NCBI RefSeq assembly: GCF_009914755.1
Contig: NC_060934.1
Strand: one strand, 5' to 3'
Length of the DNA: 64,000 nt
Source of the DNA: the human T2T-CHM13v2.0 reference genome, Homo sapiens
Made by a program: the position numbers and the translations under genes. This document shows, in pieces, positions 50,029 to 64,000 of the stretch (the stretch's first letter is position 1; every line of letters begins with the position of its first letter). Under the pieces are notes generated by a model. It ran no database searches, had not been told where the DNA came from, and was given only the letters and a program-made list of their open reading frames with translations.

Positions 50029-50241
<213 letters not shown>

Positions 50242-50283
50242 TGAGACCAGCCTGGCCAACATAGTGAAATCCTGTCTCTACTA

Positions 50284-51096
<813 letters not shown>

Positions 51097-51493
51097 AAGC
51101 CTCCTTCAAGCCTCTTTTTTTTTTCTTTTTTTTGAGACACAGTCTCATTCTGTCGCCCATGCTGGAGTGCAGTGGCACAATCTCTGCTCACTACAACCTC
51201 TGACTCCCAGGTTCAAGTGATTCTCCTGCCTCAGCCTCCCGAGTAGCTGGGACTACAGGTGTGCACCTCCACACCTGGATAATTTTTGTATTTTTAGTAG
51301 AGATGGGGTTTCACCGTGTTGGCCAGGCTGGCCTTGAACCTGGCCTCAAGTGATCTGCCCAACTCAGCCTCCCAAGTGCTAGGATTACAGGCCTGAACCA
51401 CCACACCCGGCCATCAAGCCTCTTATAGAAGAACACTACTCTCATTTATGAGAGCAGAGTCCTCATCACCTAATTATCTCCTAAACACCTGTC

Positions 51494-52078
51494 TGTGATT
51501 GTTAATATTAGGTATCAACTTGATTGGATTGAGGGATGCCTAGATGGCTGGTAAAGTCTTATTTCTGGATGTGTCTGTGAGGGTGTTGCCAGAGTAGATT
51601 GATATTTGAGTCAGTGGACTGGGAGACAAGATCCACTCTTAATGTCGGTGGGCACCATCCAGTTGGCTGCCAGCGTGGCAAAAACAAAGCAGGCAGAAGA
51701 AGTTGGGATGCCTTTGCTTGCTGGGTCTTCTGCTTCCTTCTTTTTCCTCCCGTGCTGGATGTTTCCTTCTGCTTCTCCTGCCCTTGGACTTCAGATTCCA
51801 GGTTCTTTGGCCTTTGGACTCTGGGACTTACACCAGTGTTTTGCCAGGGGTTGTCAAGCCGTTTGCCACAGACTGAAGGCTGCACTGTCAGCTTTCTTGG
51901 TTTTGAAGCTTTGGACTCAGACTGAGCCACGGCTGGCTTCTTTCTTTCCCAGCTTGCGGATGGCCTGTCCTGGGACTCCGCCTTGTGACTGTGTGAGCCA
52001 ATTCTTCCTAATAAACTCCCTTTCATATATACATATATCCTATTAGTTCTGTCTCTCTGGAGAACCCTGACTAATACA
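51494..52078 (+). mobile_element. MLT2B-like (ERVL) solo LTR nested in an older MaLR (MLT1-like) element
   Basis: TGTGATTGTTAATATT...CAACTTGATTGGATTGAGGG...GAGAACCCTGACTAATACA. Confidence 0.8.
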
Positions 52079-52918
52079 AGGCCCTATCTCTTAATACCAC
52101 CACAATGGGGATTAGGTTGCAACACAAATTTTGAGGATACACAAACATTCAGACATAGCTTGTATACATATATATTTAATATTTTTATTTTCTAAATTAT
52201 TTATTTATTTGTAGAGACAGGGTTCCGCTGTGTTACCCCTGCTGGTCTCAAACTCCTGGGCTCAAGCAATCCTCTCACCTCGGCCTTCCAAAGTGTTGGG
52301 ATTACAGGTGTGAGGTTCTATGCCCAGCTATATATTAATATCTTTAACCCAACCATGTTAAAGTATATGTGCAATTTTGTAGCTTTCTTTTGTCACTTAA
52401 AAATGTATTGTATCAAGTCCAACAGAGCTTAAAGGTAAAAAGAAAGTGTATTGTAGATCTTACTGTATATTTATGTATACAGTATATTTTATTCTCTTTC
52501 AAAAAATAAAATAGAGATGAAGTCTTGCTATGTTGCCCAGGCTGGTCTGGAACTCCTGACCCCAAGTTATCTTCCCACCTCAGCCTCCCAAAGTATTGGA
52601 ATTACAGGTGTGAGCCACTGCACCAGGCCCTGTTTCATTTTTTCTTAACTAGCTACAGGGCATTCCATTGAATGAGCAGACATTGTGACTTGTTTTATTT
52701 TTTCAACAATGAAAACTTCCTTGTACATATATCTTTATATATGTGTTGAAAATATTTTTATAGATTAAATTCCTAGAAGTAAAAATCCTGGGGAAAAAGG
52801 TATGCATATTTTATAATTAGATAAAATATCAAGATTTGGCTGGACGCGGTGGCTCATGCCTGTAATCCCAGCACTTTGGGAGGCGAAGGAGGGTGGATCA
52901 CCTGAGGTCAGGAGTTCA

Positions 52919-53143
<225 letters not shown>

Positions 53144-53722
53144 TTACCATAAGACCCAATCACGTCAAAAGGTGATATGATCTGCAGAGACAGCATCTGT
53201 GGAGTGGGCTTTAGGGAGGGTTTTAGTATCTTTGTGGGGGATCCATAAAATCCATGATTTACATGGATTATATCAGTTAATCCTCACAACAACTCTTTGA
53301 GGTAGGTAGTATTATTAGCCCCTTTTTACTGATGAGCAAACTGAGGTTTAGAGAGGTTAGGATTCAAACCCAAGGAATGAAAGAAAAGCTAAAGTTGTTC
53401 ATCTGTGGTCTAAGATAGGAGTAAAATGGAAGAATGAGCAGATGGAAGAGAAAGAGAAGACATAACATCTAGATACAGAATAGGCCAGAGTCCTCAAACT
53501 TTTGTTATCCACAGAGAGACCCTTTTCTAGTTATGGCTTTAGCTGCTGAGAAAAATCATGCCAGACTGAACACATTTGTCTTTAAATAGCTTACATTCTA
53601 TGTTGGGAGAACAAAGTATTAAAATTTGATGAGGAGGACACAATTCGCCCAAAAGCTCAGGACCACCACAGGTGATGTCTCACATGTCAGTAGGTGATTC
53701 TATTAATTAATTAATTAATTAA

Positions 53723-53896
<174 letters not shown>

Positions 53897-54170
53897 TAGT
53901 AGAGACAGGGTTTCATCTTGTTGGCTAGGCTGGTCTCAAACTCCTGGCCTCAAGTGATCCACCCGCCTCTGCCTCCCAAATTGCTGGGATTACAGGTGTG
54001 AGCCACTGTGCCCAGCCTTATTTTATTTTTGAGACAGGGGTCACCCAGGCTGGAGTGTAGTGGCAGGATCATAGCTCACTGCAGCCTTCATCTCTCAGGC
54101 TCAAGCAATCCCTCCCCTTCAGCTTCCTGAGTAGCTAGGACAACAGGTGCACGCCACTACGCCCTGCTAA

Positions 54171-54305
<135 letters not shown>

Positions 54306-54571
54306 TAATTTTCAAATAAATTGTGCATATAGTAAATTTTACCTGAGGAGTGAAGTAAAGGTTAGTTGTGTCCATCTCCAGATCAACTTGACCCCTTCAA
54401 GGCTACTTCTCATTCCTGCAAAGGACAGCAGGATTCATGTAAAAGAGTATCCCTGTATTCGCTATGCAATTGATGATCTAGATTTGGAGTGCTTTGCTTT
54501 GCCTGATTGTCTTCTCTTTCTTTGTAGGTTTCCGTAGGTTTCCTACCAAAATGTATGACTGAGTCTAGTCA

Positions 54572-54967
<396 letters not shown>

Positions 54968-55039
54968 TTATTCATATAAAGACTCAGGAGGCTGGGCATG
55001 GTGGCTTATGGCAGTAATCCCAGCACTTTGGGAGGCCTA

Positions 55040-55276
<237 letters not shown>

Positions 55277-56071
55277 TCAGAATAACAACAATAAAACCAT
55301 ATAGTAGGTACATGCAGAGAGAGTGAAATAAAATATGTTAAAATATTAAAACTTGGGGAATCTGAGTGAGGGGGACATGAGAATTCTTGTAACTTTTTGG
55401 TCACTTGAAATTATTTCAAAATTAATATGGAACACATTCATATTCATAATAAACATAAAACATACGTCTACACAAAAACTTGTACACAAATGTTCACAGC
55501 TGCATATTCATAATAGCCAAAAAGTGAAAACAATGAAAATATACATCAACTGAAATACATAAACAAAATTTTGTATCTAAATGATGAAATATTTAACAAG
55601 AAAAAATTAAAAAATAGATATAGGCCAGGCTCAGTGGTTCATGGCTGTAATCCCAGCACTTTGGGAGGCCAAGACTGATGGATCACTTGAGGTCAGGAGT
55701 GCGAGACTAGTCTGGCCAACATGATGAAACCCTGTCTCTACTAAAAATACAAAAATTAGCTGGGTGTGGTGGTGCACAACTGTAATCACAGCTATTTGGG
55801 AGGCTGAGACAGGAGAATCACTTGAACCGAGAGGCAGAGGTTGCAGTGAACCAAAATAGTGCCATTGCACTCCAGCCTGGGCGACAGAGTGAAACTCCAT
55901 CTCAAATAATAAAAATAAAAAGTAAATACAGATACATACTACAACATAGATCAACCTTTGTTTAACAGGTTGCTATGAAAAAACTATATAGATGAACCTT
56001 AAAAACATGCTAAGTGAAAGCAGCCAGTCACAAAATACCGCATATTGGCTGGGCACAGTGACTAATGCCTA

Positions 56072-56341
<270 letters not shown>

Positions 56342-56426
56342 TCAGAAAAAAAAAATCACATATTGCATGATTTTATTTATGTGAAATGTCCAGAATAAGA
56401 AAACTCATAGAGAAAAAACTAGATTT

Positions 56427-56796
<370 letters not shown>

Positions 56797-56908
56797 TCAG
56801 GGTTTCTTTCTGGGGTGATGAAATGTTCTAAAAGTGATTGTGGTGATGGTTGCACAACTTTGTGAATATACGAAAACCCCCTGAAGTGTACATTTTATTC
56901 TTTTATTA

Positions 56909-57272
<364 letters not shown>

Positions 57273-57899
57273 TCAGAGGCTCCCATCTGACACTAGGTAG
57301 GGAAGGCGTTGGTGCCCTTTGCCCATAACTAGCCCATGACAGAATGCTGCCTTGGACAGAGCCCTCACTCACTCCAAAGAGGCCAGGAATGCTAGGTAGG
57401 GAGGAATTTACATGCCTAGGCCAGCTCTGGACCAGCCCCAGTCCTATGGTACAGAGAAGGACAGTGGCAGCTAACGAGCTTGGAAAAGTCCAAAGCCAGC
57501 CTTGTTTAACACCAGTAACAATTTTACCTCTACACTGAGGGCTAACATGCATCCAATTCCAGTTCCTCTTTCTCCATCTAAGTAACTCCAGAGGTGGCAC
57601 TAAGCCTGGCCCACTCACACAATCTAGGACAGAGCAATAGTCAGACATCTCAATGGGCTCAGCTTCCCAGTAATAGGAGTTACTGAGAACAGCACTGGGG
57701 GAGCCTCTGTCCATGTCAAAAAGGAGCATCTAAGAGGGGTTACTGCCATAACTCCATCCTTCTTGCTGTGCTTTGAGAAACAGAAGCCAAATCCTACCTC
57801 CCTTCAAAGAGCTCTAGTTGCTATGGGAACCAATCCCACCCCCCACTTGAGTCCCGAGACTTAGGAGGGTATGGAGCCAGGAGGAGGCTCCCGGGTGTC

Positions 57900-58902
57900 T
57901 CAAGAGCAGCCACACTTCTCTATCAAGGATGCGTTCACACAGTGAACGCTCATCTTACGTTCGTCATCCTGGACCGTTAGGGAGAAGAGAATGACCTTGG
58001 TGGGACTACAGGTCTGAAAGAGCCAGGAACAGATCAATAGGCACTCCCCTCTTATAGTGCAAACTTTGAGTGCAAAGTTGGATTGATGAAGCTCACTGTT
58101 GAGGGTCAGGCAGGTCCCCTGACAGTAAGGGAAGCTGGAAGTCTTGGGTGCAACAATACACTCACCGCAGGCAGCTCTGTGAAGGTTCACCTTGCAATCC
58201 TGCAGATGACAGAGCTTCTCTGCTGGAAATATATCCTGGCCATGGTCTATCTCCCCATGATTCTGGCATGGGATCCCCAGAGTCAGCTGCTCCACAGTAG
58301 GGATAAAGCATTTCTGGACGTAAGGCAGGTGAAACAGAGGTGGCTGTGTTGGGGACAAGGTCATGAACAGCAACACTATGTCTCACTTGCCTTTGATACT
58401 AAAACACTGGTTCAGGCTGGGGTCAGACGCATTAGTAGCTGTAATCTTTTCCTCTGCCAAGAGGGTGGGCACCACCTCCATCCAATATATTAGTAAACAG
58501 TAGATCTCCAATAATGATCCTCCTTTCTGACTGGTAGGATGAAAAGATAATGGGGAAAGAGCCCAAGAGGAATCTTTCGCAGTTGGTGGTGGTTGGGGGG
58601 CAGGGGTTGATGGGTCTTGAACTCTAGAACAAGCTTAGTGGCATGGGGATAGTGGACACCCAAACCCATAGCTATATCAAGGAAACCTCCAAGAAGGGAA
58701 CTGCCTCAAAACAGACAAGCCAGTAGCTGTGTAGGAACTAGGAGCTTTTGGATGTGAGGGTAAAACCATGTTGCCAGGCAGAAAAGATCTCATTTATGCA
58801 GAAAGGCAGCACCCGGCTGGGACAGTCAAACATTTCTACCATGCTAAAACATGCGCCAAAGACCCAGAGCCAAGAGCCCAGGAAAAAGCCAAGAGATGCC
58901 AC
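57900..58902 (-). pseudogene. Decayed TGF-beta superfamily ligand gene (GDF3/GDF1/Vg1-like preproprotein remnant)
   Basis: ORF 57900-58376 ends in a 103-aa cystine-knot pattern: LCH...IVAPK...YCQGTC...SNFA...TCSPTK...SL..QD...EKCGCS*. The prodomain motif C-x2-I-x7-LLFMTLSP resembles GDF3 LLVVTLNP. The same frame is open from 58634 apart from a single TGA at 58385-58383. The 5' boundary near 58902 is inferred. Confidence 0.85.
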
Positions 58903-59025
58903 TCCTCCCACTGCCTGCTTTCAGATGAAGTGGACACTTCAAATGGGCGAATTTTATGGTATGTGAAATATATCTCAATAAAACTACAGAAGAAAAATAA
59001 ATGTCACACGTACAACATAAAGTAA

Positions 59026-59454
<429 letters not shown>

Positions 59455-59581
59455 TGACCAAGTGACATGGCTTCCTTTCTGTCTGGCTAGGTCTTGTCTC
59501 TGACTTAGGTCTCATTTCCCCGAAATAGCACTGGAAGCAAAAAATAGTGTGATGGTTAAAGAGCCGGCTTTAAGTAACTCG

Positions 59582-59677
59582 CCCAAAGTCACACAAGTTA
59601 TAGATCTGGATTTGAACCCAGGCAGTCTGGCTCCCTGGGTTCCAATCCAGATCTATAACCTGTGTGACTTTAGGCAA
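59582..59677 (-). ncRNA. MIR607: pre-miR-607 hairpin (MIR-derived); mature sequence GUUCAAAUCCAGAUCUAUAAC at 59597-59617
   Basis: Near-perfect 96-nt inverted repeat CCCAAAGTCACACAAGTTATAGATCTGGATTTGAACCCAGG...CCTGGGTTCCAATCCAGATCTATAACCTGTGTGACTTTAGGCAA, recognised as hsa-mir-607. Its position upstream of LCOR agrees. Confidence 0.9.
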
Positions 59678-60580
59678 GTTACTTAACCTCTCTGTGCTCT
59701 GTTATAAAATGGGATACACGATTGGGTTGTTGCGAAGAATAAATAACATAATCTTTGAAACGTGCTTCAAAAAGCATCTCTTGCTTGTTGGAATTTATTT
59801 GAAGTTGACTATGTTTTTTTAAAAAAGCCTCCCATTAGGACATGCTTTTTTTAGAAGGCCCCAATCATTTCATCCTCCCATTTGTCAATGATCATTTCTA
59901 TGTTGCAAGCCATCTTTAATCAGACACCAGGTAGTAGTTGATCTAATGCTGACAAGCCAAGTCCTACTCCCCTTCCCTGACATTCCTTTTCTGCCATTGT
60001 GAGAACTATAGAACATGGCTCAGAGGTTGTTTTCAAAGGCTGAGGTCATTGCTATCATTCCTTCATACTCTCACAGATTAACTCCAAACTGCAGAAGCAT
60101 CTTGGTTTCCCATCATCCTGCAGACTGGGCAAACAGATAGGAGCTTAGGAAGGCCTAATCAGAGAACAGATGCTCATTTCATGCTAAGAATGTGCTAGCA
60201 CTGTACGTGAATAGTTTCATTTCATTTTCACACAAACCCCATCTTGCAGACTATTATTATCCTCTTTTTCACATGAGGAAATTAATGACCAGAAAAGTTA
60301 ATATGTCAAGGTCACACAGCCACTGAAAAATGGAGCCAGAATTCCAACCCAGCTGTCTTCAGACCCTATTAACTGCCATGTTATATTACCTGCCCCTCCC
60401 TAGAATGTAAGAGTTTACAGCTAAGGCCCTCTTTAACAGTAGCCCAAAGCAACAGAGGTCAGAAATTCTGTCTTATCTATCTATGTCCTCGGTGCCTGGG
60501 ACACCGCCTGCCATGTGATAGGAACACAGAATGTCCAACTGCTTAACTGTGCTCGGAACATGTCATGTAGAGTTAAGTGA

Positions 60581-60949
<369 letters not shown>

Positions 60950-61633
60950 TAAGACAATTTAGAGGGGTTTAGAGTCACAGAGATCTTAGTTAGAATTTGG
61001 TAGCTATGTGATCTTGACAAATGTATTTAACTCATCTGAGTCTTGTGTCCCTAACTTGGAAAATGTGGTAAATATATACTCATAGCATTATTATCTGGAT
61101 GGAATGAAACAATGATAAACATATAATAGGTGCTCAATGAATATTAGCTGTTACTATTGCCTCCCTATCCTTTCTTCCAAATAGGTCTTTGTGATAGGTC
61201 AACCATGAGTTAGTTCCCAACTCAAAATAAGTGAAGCAGAAATTGGAACTCAGAGTAGAGTAGTAAAACTAGCATTAAATTGGAAATTGGGAAACTTGTC
61301 TCCTGGCTTTTGTTGCCCTTTCTCTACCCAGCAACTATGTAATCTTGGTCAAATCACCTTACTTGTCTGGGCTTCCAATTTCATATCTTAAGTTACAAAA
61401 TTGATCTCTGAAGCCTCTAGGATTCTCTGAATCCATATGTCTGGGACTAAGAGATTATGTCGAGGAATTATTACCCTTGGTTTGATTGTTTTTTAAACAA
61501 ATTAACTTGGGGTGGTTGGAAAACACATTGATTATTTACTCATCTTAGAGTTACACGTTGTTCATTTATTTGAAACTGAAACGTATTTCCTCCAAACACC
61601 GTAGAAACTTAAAGGCCGCAAAAGACTCACACC

Positions 61634-61646
61634 CACCACCTAGCGG
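61634..61646 (-). promoter_or_regulatory. CTCF core motif, reverse
   Basis: Minus strand reads CCGCTAGGTGGTG (one mismatch to consensus), with CpGs retained, about 1.1 kb upstream of the CpG island. Confidence 0.5.
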
Positions 61647-62739
61647 CGAAAAAAGGAAGTTTCAGGTGATACAAGATGTCCTGCCATCACACCTGAAGGA
61701 TGGTTGTCCACAGCCATTTTTTAAAATCTCGTATTAGTCCTCTTCCTTCAACACTCAGGACAGTATTATGTACCCAGAAACTCAATACTTCCTGGCGTCT
61801 TCATTTGACAATACTCTTAAGCCAATGAAATCCTGTGGGACGTTTGCGAATTTTATAAAGATCAATGTTTTAAGATTGGCGGGGTGGGCTGGGAGTGGTG
61901 GGGGGGAAGGTGCCTTCCTACCCTTGCATTTGCATCTCAAGCCACCCGTACCCGAGGCCCACCCAGTCCATCTGTTCATTGGTAGATACACCATTCCGCC
62001 ATTCCGCCAGTGGCTGGTGCAGAGAACCAGGACCACCACCTTTGAAAAGACCTAAATCAATACTCCAATGGGATCCTGATGTCAAGTATTTAACGACTTT
62101 GCTTTACCTACTACAGTAATTAAAATTAAGTCTTCAAACTTAAATTTAAATTTCTAAAAGCAGGAATGCACTGTCCTTAATCTTAAACACCAAAGGTGGG
62201 AGAAAGAGGCCAGAATCCTAGGGTACTAGGCCTACTGGTATAGGGCGATCTCTTCTGCTTTTTTCTTTCCACCCCATTTCTTTTCCCTTTCTCCTTTCGT
62301 TTCCCATCTTCTCTCTTCTCGTTCTCTTCGAAGTAACAGTGACAAAATTAAGGTGATTCAATTATTCCAAGAGGCTTGCTCATATAAAATATTTCTCTTC
62401 AAGCCCTTTCCTGAAATCCCAAATTAAAGCATTTCCAATAGTCTCTGCTTTAAGTATTCCTAGTTAAGTCTACTTTTGGAAATATTAAATATTCTCACTT
62501 TGGCACAATATTCCAAAATTCCTTGAGAAGTTCGCCTACGATCAGTCTTGCTAGTAGAAACCTTTTTTTTTTTTTATTTAAAACGCTCGATTTCCACTTT
62601 TTACTAGGTTTCCCAATGTTGGCGATGTCTCCCAATGACTTAATAACGTGTATCCACTTCACCTTTGAAAATCTTAGAGGTCAGTGCATCCACCGGCATC
62701 CGGGAATTTATTCTTATTTCTGCTTCTTAAACAGGCTCT

Positions 62740-64000
62740 GGGGAGGAGCAGTTTCGACGGAGAAGTTCATAGCAGCAGTTATTACGGAACTTGCAACAGT
62801 TGGTGCCGGGCGATAGGCAGGTTGGAAGTGATAAATGGGGCTGGCGTAAAAAACAAAAAGCCCCGGGGAGGGCGGGGGCAGCCGTGGCCTTGGGGGACAG
62901 TGCGAAGGCGGCGCGGGGCCAGCGGGACTGACTTCCGGCTGTGGGAAGGCGCCGTCCCGGGCGGCCAGAGGCGGCGGCAGCCGCGTAGAAGGACGGCGGG
63001 ATCGCAGCCCGGCGGGCGGCGCGCGGGGCGGGTGAGCGGGCCCAGGCCGCCCCCGGGCCACGCCGGGGCCACGGTGAGGTGAGGCCGGCCCTGCCCCCGC
63101 ACCGCCCCCGGCAGGAGGCGCGACGCCCGGGCCGCGGGTGCGTGCGCGGCCCCGGGCGACGCGGCTGGGCGTGCGCGGGGCCGCGGCGGAGGCTGGGCCG
63201 GGCGGGCGGCAGAAGATGGCGAGGGTGTGTAGGCGGCAGCAATGCTCCGTTGAGAGACGCGGCTTTCGGCAAGAACTGGATTCGTGGCGCCACAAGCTCA
63301 TTCACTGTGTAGGTGAGACCCTCCGCCGACCGCCGCCGCCCCTCCGGCCGCCCCGCCGCCGGTCGCCCCAGACCAGGGAGGAAGCTGGGGAAGTGGCAAT
63401 TGCTGCTCCGGCCCGCCCGCCCTCTTTGGCTCGAGCGTCCCCCCTTCCCCCACCCCCCGGAGTGTGAGCGCGCGCGACCTCCAGGCGGGCTCCCCTGCTC
63501 GGCCGAGCGCGCGCCGGCCCCTCCCCTCCGCGCGCCTCCCCGGGGCTGGCTCTCGGCGGGAGCGCGGGTTCCTCCCCCTCCCGCTCTCCATCCCCGCCTG
63601 CTCGCTCCCCTCCCTCCCCGCTCCCGCCCCTGCTCCCGCTCCAGGCCCGGCGCCCCGGCGCCGCCGCCGGCTTATTGTGGCGACTCGCCTCGCGGCGCTG
63701 CCGCTGTACTGGGGGAGGCGCGAGGGGCGCGGGCGTGCTCGGCCCCCACCCGCGCTGTGGCCGCCGCCGTCCTCCTCCTGCGCCACCCCTCCCCCACGCG
63801 CGGGGCGCGCCCCCGGGTCTGCGTGCACGCGCGGCGGGCTGCAGGCGGGCGCCCGGCGCTCGGGCGTGTGCGAAGCGTGAGGTGGAGATGGGGGCGGAGG
63901 GAGCTGGAGCTGTCACAGTCCCCGGGTGCGCCTGACCGAGCCAAGTGGGGTGTCATGGCCGCGGGGGGCAGCGGCTGCACTTCCTCAGCGGGCGGCGGTG
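62740..64000. promoter_or_regulatory. CpG-island promoter of LCOR
   Basis: Very GC- and CpG-rich with multiple GC boxes. ETS/GABP motif ACTTCCGG at 62931-62938; YY1/TISU-like GAAGATGGCG at 63212-63221; additional GTGAG donor-like sites near 63032 and 63074. Confidence 0.92.
63216..63312 (+). CDS. LCOR: LCOR first exon ORF ([32 protein letters not shown] + G split by a phase-1 intron); LCOR/LCORL-family N-terminus
   Basis: ATG in strong context (AAGATGG) at 63216. The peptide is near-identical to the LCORL N-terminal motif [21 protein letters not shown]. A canonical donor AG|GTGAGA follows at 63312/63313. Whether it is translated in frame with the main LCOR CDS cannot be seen in this window. 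Confidence 0.8.

Noticed and set aside
57900-58376. Calling this ORF a functional GDF3/BMP15 gene
   Set aside because: It is far too divergent from either. It has an upstream in-frame stop, no RXXR, lost tryptophans and no in-frame signal peptide, so no gene symbol was assigned.
58531-58560. Minus-strand splice acceptor (pyrimidine tract + CAG, phase 1) as the start of the ligand's last exon
   Set aside because: The reading frame and GDF3-like similarity (RVQDP) continue upstream through it, so it is probably incidental. It is not fully excluded as a cryptic site.
62684-63980. Several long Pro/Arg/Gly/Ala-rich ORFs on both strands
   Set aside because: Expected from stop-codon scarcity in a CpG island; only 63216-63312 shows family homology.

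Overview
Human (primate) genomic DNA, very rich in Alu elements, with L1, MIR, DNA-transposon and ERV-LTR remnants. The right end is a CpG-island promoter and first exon. Its peptide ([33 protein letters not shown]) matches the LCOR/LCORL N-terminal family, and the MIR607 hairpin lies about 3.6 kb upstream on the minus strand. Together these place the window just upstream of LCOR (10q24.1), recognised from memory rather than by a search. The main discovery is a roughly 1 kb island of unique sequence on the minus strand (about 57900-58902) encoding a decayed TGF-beta-superfamily ligand most like GDF3/GDF1/Vg1. It has a complete cystine-knot mature domain, recognisable prodomain motifs, three in-frame stops, one inferred frameshift and an eroded furin site. 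I do not recall it being annotated; it looks like a lost gene or old retrocopy. Other points of interest: a probable coding ORF in an LCOR exon usually treated as 5'UTR, a convergent CTCF motif pair, a B-box-deleted AluYb8, two AluYd-type elements, a solo LTR14A inside an Alu, several small inverted or templated insertions, and large unstable simple repeats. Most ORFs in the supplied track are Alu or simple-repeat artefacts. Repeat subfamily names come from recognition of consensus sequences and were not computed.
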